The position numbers and the translations under genes are program-made. A stretch of DNA of 64,000 nucleotides from Bugula neritina (lineage: Eukaryota > Animalia > Bryozoa). The notes beneath the pieces are model-generated. The model worked only from the letters and a program-made list of their open reading frames with translations, searched no databases and was not told where the DNA came from. Within the stretch, counting starts at the first letter, position 1. Every line of letters begins with the position of its first letter. The stretch is taken from positions 62,001-126,000 of the forward strand of contig OZ037767.1 in the NCBI GenBank assembly GCA_964035545.1. The letters are read 5' to 3'. Positions 25,367 to 38,300 of this stretch are shown here, piece by piece.

Positions 25367-27527
25367 ATGTGACACTGTCTTTATTATGTGACACTGTCTT
25401 TATTATGTGACACTGTCTTTATCATGTGACACTGCCTTTATTATGTGACACTGTCTTTATTATGTGACGCTGTCTTTATTATGTGACGCTGTCTTTATTA
25501 TGTGACGCTGTCTTTATTATGTGACGCTGTCTTTATTATGTGACGCTGTCTTTATTATGTGACGCTGTCTTTATTATGTGACGCTGTCTTTATTATGTGA
25601 CACTGTCTTTATTATGTGACGCTGTCTTTATTATGTGACGCTGTCTTTATTATGTGACGCTGCCTTTATTATGTGACGCTGCCTTTATTATGTGACGCTG
25701 CCTTTATTATGTGACACTGTCTTTATTATGTGACGCTGTCTTTATTATGTGACGCTGCCTTTATTATGTGACACTGACTTTATTATGTGACACTGCCTTT
25801 ATTATGTGACACTGTCTTTATTATGTGACGCTGTCTTTATTATGTGACACTCTAAGGATGTCATAGTACCAGCTTATTTATATTAAAACTATGTTAACCA
25901 TGTTATAGAGAACACTCTGATGTAATATATGATTATTTAATATAATATAATATATAAATAATTACTATAATATAATATATAATTAATTACTATGATACAA
26001 TATATAAATAATTACTATAATATAATATATAATTAATTACTATGATATAATATATAAATAATTACTGTAATATAATATATAATTTTTTACTATGATATAA
26101 TATAAAATTAATAAGTGCAATATAATATATAATTAATTAGTGTAATATAATATATAATTAATTAGTGTAATATAATATATAATTAATTACTATAATATAA
26201 TATGTAATTAATTAGTGCAATATAATATATAACTTTATATAGCTATCACTAGTATAAGATAAATAACGCTTTATTTCCCAAAACAATTCCTTTCAAATTA
26301 TTTTCTTACTATTTAGAGAACAATTTACTATATAATATTTCGTAGACATTATATAAGTATACTAACTTACAGTATATTACAGTCAATATACTAACTTACA
26401 GTATATTACAGTCAATATACTAACTTACAGTATATTACAGCCAATATACTAACTTACAGTATATTACAGCCAATATACTAACTTACAGTATATTACAGTC
26501 AATATACTAACTTACAGTATACTACAGTCAATATACTAACTTACAGTATATTACAGTCAATATACTAACTTACAGTATATTACAGTCAATATACTAACTT
26601 ACAGTATATTACAGTCAATATACTAACTTACAGTATATTACAGTCAATATACTAACTTACAGTATATTACAGTCAATATACTAACTTACAGTATATTACA
26701 GTCAATATACTAACTTACAGTATATTACAGTCAATATACTAACTTACAGTATATTACAGTCAATATACTAACTTACGGTATATTACAGTCAATATTTTCT
26801 AGTACAGTATATTACAGTCAATATCATCTAGTACAGTATATTACAGTCAATATCTTCTAGTACAGTATATTACAGTCAATATCTTCCAGTACAGTATATT
26901 ACAGTCAATATCTTCTAGTACAGTATATTACAGTCAATTTCATCTAGTACAGTGATACACTAATGAAAAGCTTGCAAGAAATGCTTGCTTCAAGTAAACT
27001 ATTTATTGCGGTAAGCATTTAGTAATTATCCCATCTCGTCTACAGCGCTATTCTAGTTTCTTACAGCCGATTGTTAAATTATTCCAACTAATCTCTACTC
27101 TGATTTGCCAGTCATGACATCATAGATTTATCCTGTCAACATTTCTTTAGCGGCTCCTCATTTATAACTCCGTACACCGTGCAGTTAGTATATTCATAAC
27201 TCTGTACACCGTGCAGTTAGTATATATATAACTCTGTACACAGTGCAGTTAGTGTATATCTAACTCTGTACACAGTGCAGCTAGTGTATATCTAACTCTG
27301 TACACCGTGCAGTTAGTATATTCATAACTCTGTACACCGTGCAGCTAGTGTATATCTAACTCTGTACACAGTGCAGCTAGTGTATATCTAACTCTGTACA
27401 CCGTGCAGCTAGTATATATATAACTCTGTACACAGTGCAGTTAGTATATATATAACTCCGTACACCGTGCAGTTAGTATATATATAACTCTGTACACAGT
27501 GCAGCTAGTATATATCTAACTCTGTAC
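25367..27527. repeat. Intergenic/UTR arrays: 19-nt (25367-25851), AT-rich (25935-26232), 26-nt (26358-26953), 33-nt (27165-27527)
   Basis: Direct inspection. Confidence 0.9.
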
Positions 27528-27544
27528 ATTCTTTGAAAGAAATT

Positions 27545-29333
27545 ATGGCTGGTCAGAGTACAGGAGAAAGTTCACACAATATAGACTCTCACAGCCCCCT
27601 ACTTCAGTCACAAGAATACGGGACAGACTCTAACACCCCCCTACTACAGTCACAAGAATACGGGACAGACTCTTATAACACCCCCTTATTACAGTCACAA
27701 GAAGTTTTAGAAGGACAGTCTAATGAACCCACAGAGTCTCTATCTAAAAGAAAAGAGGTGTTTCTCTTTACAGTCATCTTAGGATCTCAGTTTATGTCCT
27801 CTACTATTGACACTTTCTTATTTCCCTTTTTCTCCAAAGAAGCGACAAGAAAGGGGCTGAATCAGTCAGAAGTTGGTCTTGTGTTTTCATCTTTTGAAGT
27901 TTCCAGATTTCTGTGTTCTTTGCTGGTTGGAAAGTTGGTGAGTGGTTTAAGGACAGTTCATAAAGAATCTATAAACAGTCTATAGATAATCTATAAACAG
28001 TCTATAGATAGTCTATAGATAGTCTATAAATAGTCTATAAATATTTTATAAATAGTTTATAAGTAGTCAATATATTGTTTATAGATGATATAAAAACTTT
28101 TGTAAATATCTATAAATAAGTATAGATAATGAATAGTACTAAAATAGAGGATGAATAGTATAAATATAGACAACAATAGTTATATAAAACTCGGTCATCG
28201 CTTCTCTAGCCAATCTGATAACTCAGTGAGTGGATAGTTTACCCATTTTATTATTTCTACATCAACCTCTGTATCACTGAATCCCAGATATTGTTTCTGG
28301 TTTAGATTTCTCGCCTTGCATTAAAAAACTGGTGTCTTGCTGGATCTGCCGTTACAACTCTTTCTTGCATCTTCTTCGGGTTAGTATAGTATAGTATATT
28401 ATACCAACCCTTACAGTATATTATACCAACCCTTACAGTATATTATACTAACTCTTACAGTATATTATACTAACTCTTACAGTATATTATACCAACTCTT
28501 ACAGTATATTATACCAACCCTTACAGTATATTATACTAACCCTTACAGTATATTATACTAACTCTTACAGTATATTATACTAACCCTTACAGTATATTAT
28601 ACTAACTCTTACAGTATATTATACTAACCCTTACAGTATATTATACCAACTCTTACAGTATATTATACTAACTCTTACAGTATATTATACTAACCCTTAC
28701 AGTATATTATACTAACCCTTACAGTATATTATACCAACTCTTACAGTATATTATACTAACCCTTACAGTATATTATACTAACTCTTACAGTATATTATAC
28801 TAACTCTTACAGTATATTATACTAACCCTTACAGTATATTATACCAACTCTTACAGTATATTATACTAACTCTTACAGTATATTATACTAACCCTTACAG
28901 TATATTATACTAACCCTTACAGTATATTATACCAACTCTTACAGTATATTATACTAACCCTTACAGTATATTATACTAACCCTTACAGTATATTATACCA
29001 GCCCTTACAGTATATTATACTAACCCTTACAGTATATTATTATACTAACTCTTACAGTATATATTATTATTATTATTCTGTCAGACATTGAAGGCATGCA
29101 TTTTCATCATGAACAGGTTTTACTACAGTTCTTAAACTGATATATAATAAATGCCTTCTAATTGGGACACAGACTTCAAAACATGATTGATTAGTGAGAA
29201 TATTTCTCTATCAGCTGTGTACATCTTTGAGGTGAACATTGGCGAGGGTAAACAGGATATAACCAGTTTGTACCAGAATAAACCCTTCATGAAATATTGG
29301 CACACGGCCACCACCAACATGTAATTACACACA

Positions 29334-29379
<46 letters not shown>

Positions 29380-32300
29380 CACACACACACACACACGCAC
29401 GCACACACACGCACACACACACATGCACACACACACACACACACGCACGCACACACACGCACGCACACACACACACGCACACACACACATGCACACACAC
29501 ACACACACACGCACACACGCACACACGCACACACGCACACACGCACACACGCACACACACACATGCACCACATACACATTATAGTTTTCTCCAACAATCA
29601 TTTCGTTATTTCAGCTTATCATCAAACGTCAACATTTGATACATACTTTAATTCATCAAGTTATCCATCTGTTATATTTCTTCAGTTTAGCTTCATACGG
29701 TCCTAACGCCATGTTCCTACCAATGTGTATGACACTAAGAATGACAGCTGGCGCAGGTTCTTCTGCACTCACTGTGGCAGGTACTACCATGTTGTTGAAA
29801 GTGTCATCATTCAAAGTTGGCACTGTTACTGTGAGTATATAGTACCGTTACTATGAGTATATAGTACTATTACTATGAGTATATAGTACTGTTACTATGA
29901 GTATATAGTACTGTTACTATGAGTATATAATACTATTACTATGAGTATATAGTACCGTTACTATGAGTATATAGTACTATTACTATGAGTATATAGTACT
30001 GTTACTATGAGTATATAATACTATTAATATGAGTATATAGTACCGTTACTATGAGTATGTAGTACTATTACTATGAGTATATAGTACTATTACTATGAGT
30101 ATATAGTACTATTACTATGAGTATATAGTACTATTACTATGAGTATATAGTACTGTTACTATGAGTATATAATACTATTACTATGAGTATATAGTACCGT
30201 TACTATGAGTATGTAGTACTATTACTATGAGTATATAGTACTATTACTATGAGTATATAGTACTATTACTATGAGTATATAGTACTATTACTATGAGTAT
30301 ATAGTACTGTTACTATGAGTATATAATACTATTACTATGAGTATATAGTACCGTTACTATGAGTATATAGTACTATTACTATGAGTATATAGTACTGTTA
30401 CTATGAGTATTCAATACTGTTTCCAGGGCTTAGCTGAAATGATAATTGGAGCATCTTATGCTTCTGGTCCAATGATAGGCTCCGCCATATACATGGTGAG
30501 TTGCATTCTGGGTAATATATAATACTGTTTCAGTTAGGAGGATATACTAGTGTATTCTGGGTAATATATAATACTGTTTCAGTTAGGAGGATATACTAGT
30601 GTATTCTGGGTAATATATAATACTGTTTCAGTTAGGAGGATATACTAGTGTATTCTGGGTAATATATAATACTGTTTCAGCTAGGAGGATATACTAGTGT
30701 ATTCTGGGTAATATATAATACTGTTTCAGTTAGGAGGATATACTAGTGTATTCTGGGTAATATATAATACTGTTTCAGTTAGGAGGATATACTAGTGCAT
30801 TCTGGGTAATATATAATACTGTTTCAGTTAGGAGGATACACTAGTGTATTCTGGGTAATATATAATACTGTTTCAGTTAGGAGGATATACTAGTGTATTC
30901 TGGGTAATGGGAGGAGTTACAGCCATGCTAACTCTTATCCAAGTATTTGTTGACGTCAAAGTTGGTAAGTTAATATTGTATTGGTTAGTTGTATTGGTTA
31001 GTTGTATTGGTTAGTTGTGTTGGTTAGTTGTATTGGTTAGTTGTATTGGCTAGTTGTATTGACTAGTTGTATTGGTTAGTTGTATTGGTTAGTTGTATTG
31101 GTTAGTTGTGTTGGTTAGTTGTATTGGTTAGTTGTGTTGGTTAGTTGTGTTGGTTAGTTGTGTTGGTTAGTTGTATTGGTTAGTTGTATTGGTTAGTTGT
31201 GTTGGTTAGTTGTGTTGGTTGGTTGTGTTGGTTAGTTGTATTGGTTAGTTGTATTGGTTAGTTGTATTGGTTAGCTGTATTGGTTAGCTGTATTGGTTAG
31301 TTGTATTGGTTAGTTGTATTGGTTAGTTGTACTGGTTAGTTGTATTGGTTAGTTGTATTGGTTAGTTGTATTGGTTAGTTGTATTGGTTAGTTGTATTGG
31401 TTAGTTGTATTGGTTAGTTGTATTGACTAGTTGTATTGGTTAGTTGTATTGGTTAGTTGTATTGGTTAGTTGTGTTGGTTAGTTGTGTTGGTTAGTTGTG
31501 TTGGTTAGTTGTATTGGTTAGTTGTATTGGTTAGTTGTATTGGTTAGCTGTATTGGTTAGTTGTATTGGTTAGTTGTATTGGTTAGTTGTACTGGTTAGT
31601 TGTATTGGTTAGTTGTATTGGTTAGTTGTATTGGTTAGTTGTATTGGCTAGTTGTATTGACTAGTTGTATTGGTTAGTTGTGTTGGTTAGTTGTATTGGT
31701 TAGTTGTATTGGCTAGTTGTATTGACTAGTTGTTTTGGTTAGTTGTATTGGCTAGTTGTACTGGTTAGTTGTACTGGTTAGTTGTATTGGTTAGTTGTAT
31801 TGGTTAGTTGTATTGGTTAGTTGTATTGACTAGTTGTATTGGTTAGTTGTATTGGTTAGTTGTATTGGTTAGTTGTATTGATTAGTTGTATTGGCTAGTT
31901 GTATTGACTAGTTGTATTGGTTAGTTGTATTGGTTAGTTGTATTGGTTAGTTGTATTGGTTAGTTGTATTGGTTAGTTGTATTGGTTAGTTGTATTGGTT
32001 AGTTGTATTGGTTAGTTGTGTTGGTTAGTTGTATTGGTTAGTTGTATTGACTAGTTGTATTGGTTAGTTGTATTGGTTAGTTGTATTGGTTAGTTGTATT
32101 GGTTAGTTGTATTGGCTAGTTGTATTGACTAGTTGTATTGGTTAGTTGTGTTGGTTAGTTGTATTGGTTAGTTGTATTGGCTAGTTGTATTGACTAGTTG
32201 TATTGGTTAGTTGTATTGGTTAGTTGTATTGGTTAGTTGTATTGGTTAGTTGTATTGGCTAGTTGTATTGACTAGTTGTATTGGTTAGTTGTGTTGGTTA

Positions 32301-35300
32301 GTTGTATTGGTTAGTTGTATTGGCTAGTTGTATTGACTAGTTGTATTGGTTAGTTGTATTGGCTAGTTGTACTGGTTAGTTGTATTGGTTAGTTGTATTG
32401 GTTAGTTGTATTGGTTAGTTGTATTGGTTAGTTGTATTGACTAGTTGTATTGGTTAGTTGTATTGGCTAGTTGTACTGGTTAGTTGTACTGGTTAGTTGT
32501 ATTGGTTAGTTGTATTGGTTAGTTGTATTGGTTAGTTGTATTGACTAGTTGTATTGGTTAGTTGTATTGGTTAGTTGTATTGGTTAGTTGTATTGGTTAG
32601 TTGTATTGGTTAGTTGTATTGGTTAGTTGTATTGGTTAGTTGTAATGGTTAGTTGTACTGGTTAGTTGTATTGGTTAGTTGTACTGGTTAGTTGTACTGG
32701 TTAGTTGTATTGGTTAGTTGTATTGGTTAGTTGTATTGACTATTTAAACTTAGTAATATAGTAATATAGTGATATATTAAGATAGTAATATTGCAATATA
32801 GTAATATAGTGTCATTGTTCTACAGCTCCACTTATTGTAGTTTCAGAAGAAAAGTCAGAAAAGAACTTTTTTCAACTCTTGAAGATACCAAGTATTCTCT
32901 TTCTCTACTTTCTCAGCTTCTTCCACAGATTTGTTTCCTATGCCAGGATAACCACATTCGGTGACTTTCTCTTAATAGCTGTAAGTAATATGGAATAAAC
33001 TATATTTAGATTATATATAGCTGACACCTAGTTTGGTTATATATAGCTGATACCTAGTTTAATTATATATAGCTGACACCTAGTTTGGTTATATATAGTT
33101 GACACCTAGTTTAATTATATATAGCTGACACCTAGTTTAATTATATATAGTTGACACCTAGTTTAATTATATATAGCTGACACCTAGTTTAATTATATAT
33201 AGCTGACACCTAGTTTGGTTATATATAGTTGACACCTAGTTTAATTATATATAGCTGACACCTAGTTTAATTATATATAGCTGACAACTAGTTTGGTTAT
33301 ATATAGTTGACACCTAGTTTAATTATATATAGCTGACACCTAGTTTAATTATATATAGCTGACACCTAGTTTGGTTATATATAGTTGACACCTAGTTTAA
33401 TTATATGTAGCTGATACCTAGTTTAATTTTATATAGCTGACACCTAGTTTGGTTATATATAGTTGACACCTAGTTTAATTATATATAGCTGACACCTAGT
33501 TTAATTATATATAGCTGACACCTAGTTTGGTTATATATAGGTGACACCTAGTTTAATTATATATAGCTGACACCTAGTTTAATTATATATAGCTGACACC
33601 TAGTTTGGTTATATATAGTTGACACCTAGTTTAATTATATATAGCTGACACCTAGTTTAATTATATATAGCTGACACCTAGTTTGGTTATATATAGTTGA
33701 CACCTAGTTTAATTATATATAGCTGACACCTAGTTTGATTATATATAGTTGACACCTAGTTTGGTTATATATAGTTGACACCTAGTTTAATTATATATAG
33801 CTGACACCTAGTTTGGTTATATATAGCTGACACCTAGTTTAATTATATATAGCTGACACCTAGTTTGGTTATATATAGCTGACACCTAGTTTGGTTATAT
33901 ATAGCTGATACTGTCACTCCTTATAACATCTTATCTCATCGAATGAAAGTGTTTATATGGTGTTATATTGTGTTACATTGTGTTATATTGTGTTAAATTG
34001 TGTTATATTGTGTTAAATTGTGTTATATTGTGTTAAAGTGTGTTATATTGTGTTATATTGTGTTATATTGTGTTATATTGTGTTATATTGTGTTATATTG
34101 TGCTACGTAGTGTTATATTGCGCTATGTTGTGTTATATTGTGTTATATTGTGCTATTTTTTGTTATGTTGTGTTACATTGTGTTATATTGTGTTACATTG
34201 TGTTATATTGTGTTAAATTGTGTTATATCGTGTTATATTGTGCTATTTTTTGTTATATTGTGTTACATTGTGTTATATTGATCTCCGTATAGTATTATAT
34301 ATTGTGCTATATATTATTATAATGTGTTATAGTGTTATAGTAGTTTATATTTTCTCTTTCAAATTTTTCTAATAAAAACATTGATATTATAGCTCTATAA
34401 TTTCTAGTTTGACCAAGCTGATTGGGTGATTGGACTTTCCTACTCCGTATGGGCTGTGATGTATATGATAGCCTGTCTTATTACTGCCAAGTTTGTCAAC
34501 AAGGTGTGTCGATATGCTGTCTATATTCTGTCTATATACTGTCTATACACTGTCTATACACTGTCTATACTCTGTCTATACACTGTCTATACTCTGTCTA
34601 TACTCTGTCTATACACTGTCTATACTCTGTCTATACTCTGTCTATACTCTATTTATACTCTCTCTATACTCTGTCTATACTCTCTCTATACTCTGTTTAT
34701 ACTCTATCTGTACTCTCTCTGTACTCTGTCTATACTTTGTCTATATTCTGTCTATACACTGTCTATACTCTGTCTATCCTGTGTCCATGCTAGCTTTAGT
34801 TCTGAATGATACACACCTATGCTAAGGAGGGGAACTACCAATGTATCTAGCAGCAACCCTCACCTGATCTGTTTTTGTAGAATTATGTCTATTCCTGCAT
34901 GTTAATGGCGTGGCTAGTAAACAGCCTGATCTATTTGTTCCTTGCCCCTTCACCTTTACTGGATTTTCTGTTTCATACAAACCAGTAAGTTTAGTGATAC
35001 CACGGTACATTGACTGTAATATGTTGTTGATATACTACGGTACATTGACTGTAATATGTTGTTGATATGCTACGGTAAATTGACTGTAATATGCTGTTGA
35101 TATACAATGGTACATTGACTGTGATATGTTGTTGATATACTACGGTACATTGACTGTAATATGTTGTTGATATACTACGGTACATTGACTGTAATATGTT
35201 GTTGATATGCTACGGTAAATTGACTGTAATATGCTGTTGATATACAATGGTACATTGACTGTGATATGTTGTTGATATACTACGGTACATTGACTGTAAT

Positions 35301-38300
35301 ATGTTGTTGATATACTACGGTACATTGACTGTAATATGTTGTTATGATATACTACGGTAAATTGACTGTAATATGTGTTGTATCCTGGCTAAGTGTCCAC
35401 ATCTGTTTTACCAATTATGTGTGAAAGGTTAATGTACTTATTTTATTAGTCATGGTTTTGAGTACAATATTATTATGTGCTTGATTGTAAAGCAGTCAGT
35501 TGTTATAGCGAGTGCAAGCAGTGCAGAATAAACTTTTACTCTCCCTTTACACGAAATTCACATTGTTACAATGGCGACGAGAATATAAACTATATTACCT
35601 ATAACTGGAATATTACTACTCTGGGCAATTTCTAACCATGGCTGTCTCTCTGGACACTAGTACAAGCAACGTGAGGACTTTTTCTGTGTCTACAGATCCC
35701 CTGACTGTTGGATCGAGGTGGAAGAAGTGGAAGAGGGCGTTTGAGTACTTTGTTGTAGGGAGAGGGGTTACAAATGCTGCTCAGAAAAAGGCACTGCTAT
35801 TAAACATGGCTGGTGAAGAAGTGCAAGACATATTTGAAGTACTGCCAGCTGGAGAGGGTGCTAATGAATATGCCAGGGCTATGGCAACACTAGATACTCA
35901 CTTTACACCCAAGACGAACATTCCCTATGAAAGGTCAGTTTTCCGTAGAACAGAGCTGACAAGTGGGGAGACAATCACAAACTACATCACAAGACTACAA
36001 CAGCTTGCTATTACCTGCGAATATGACGATGTGGACAATGTAATTAGAGATCAGGTAATTGAAAAATGTAAGTCTAGTCATCTACGTAGGAAATTACTAG
36101 AGAGAGGCTCAGAATTGACACTGGCTCATGTAATTTCTATTTCTCAAACGGAGGAAGCTGTCAGTATGCAAAGTGCGGACATTCATAGCTCTGGAGCTGC
36201 TGTAAATAATGTGAGGAATGGCAGAAGTAAACCACACAAGAAAGACACACATTATACGTCAAAGGAAAAGAGCTGTTTCAGGTGCAGATCTATAAGGCAT
36301 GTAGCCTCTTCAGAGGAATGCCCAGCTCGCACAAAGATGTGTAGATCATGTGGCAAGAAAGGACATTTTGCCGGGGCCAAGTTTTGCAGAGGAGCTAAGG
36401 GACAGATAAACTCTATGGATAATAGTGCTAAGAAGTATACTGCTGATACTGAGGATGATATTGAAGCCTTGTTTACTGTTAGTGACAATACTGGAGGTGA
36501 GATGTTCAACATCAATGCAGCAAGGTCAACTAAGCTCTCAGTTCAGGTGAACAATACCAATTTATCTGTACTAATTGACTCAGGAGCTTCTAGCAATTTA
36601 TTAGATAGAAATACTGCTAAATTAGTAGGTTGTGTAGTAAAACCAACAACCAAACAATTATTTGCTTATGGTAACAAATCTGCATGCTTAGACTTGATAG
36701 GTGAAACTGATGTAAATGTTTTTGTGCCTTCTACTGGTAAATGTGTGCATGCTAAGTTTTACATATTTAATGGTACTGCTACTACATTGTTATGTAAAAG
36801 TACATCTGAGCAGTTGGGTGTGCTGAGGGTTGGTCCTGTAGGTGAGGGGGTTCACTTTGCTTCATCGGATCTTGCTAGCGATGATGGGCAGTCGTGGTTG
36901 GATATGTTTCCTGAGTGCTTTGCGGGTGTTGGTCTGTTGAAGGATTTGCAGGTCTCTTTACACATAGATCCTAATGTCAAGCCAGTTGCTCAACCAGTAA
37001 GACGCATGCCATTTGGTCATAGGAATAAAGCTAAGGCTAAAATTGATGAATTGCTTGCTGCCGATATTATTGAGCGAGTTGAGGGTCCTACACCTTGGGT
37101 TAGTCCTATTGTCACTGTGCCTAAGGATGGTAATGATATACGTTTATGTGTAGACATGAGACAAGCTAATAAAGCAATAATTAGGGAAAGGCATCCAATT
37201 CCTACAGTCAAAGAGCTGATGTACAATCTCAATGGTGCTAAAGTTTTTAGCAAAGCAGATTTAAAACTTGGTTACCATCAGTTAGAACTTGATGAAGCCT
37301 CTAGGGCTATTACAACATTTGCCACACCATTTGGGGTATTCAGATATAAGAAGTTTAATTTTGGGGTAGCATCTGCTAGTGAAGTTTATCAGTATCACAT
37401 ACAGAGATCTATAGCAGATTTGGAGGGTTGCCAAAATTATGCTGATGACATTGTTATATATGGCAGTAACAAACAAGAGCACGATGCTAGGCTTAGAGCA
37501 TTTCTCAAGCGCATGAGTAAACTAGGGTTGACATTAAATGCTGAAAAGTGCAAATTTGGCTGTAGCAAGATCACTTATGTAGGCTATGATATTTCGGACA
37601 AAGGTATATCAGTAAGTGACAAGAAAGTCAAAGCAATTGTACAAGCTAGGGTCCCAAAGGATGTTACAGAGCTGCGTAGTTTCCTAGGTCTTGTGAACTT
37701 TGTGGGTAAATTCATTCCTAATTTATCTACACATGCTGAGCCTCTGCTGAGGTTAGTAAAGAAAGCAAGTAAGTTTCAGTGGTCTAGTGAGCAGCAAGCT
37801 GCCTTTGATAAAATCAAATCTATGATGGCTCAGAGCAAAACACTAGCTTATTTCAACCCAAATGCTGAGACAACTGTTACAGTTGATGCTAGTCCGTATG
37901 GTTTAGGTGCTGTTCTAAGTCAACGTGTTGGTGGTTGTGAGAGAGTTGTTGCATATGGGCATCGCAGTTTGTCAGCCGTGGAGCGCAGATACTCTCAGAC
38001 TGAGAGGGAAGCTTTAGCTATAGTATGGGGCTGTGAACACTTTGCCATATACTTGATTGGAACTAAGTTTAGGTTAGTGACTGATCATAAACCGTTGGAA
38101 TTTATTTTCAATCGTGTAAACTCAAAACCATCAGCTAGGATTGAACGCTGGGTGCTTAGGCTACAAGCATTTGACTATGAGGTGGTCTACAAGCCGGGGT
38201 CAATGAACATAGCTGACCCACTGTCTCGTTTGTCAGTTGATGAGCATACCCCTTATAATGTGAATAATGTTGCTGATGAGTATGTAATGATGATAGCTAA

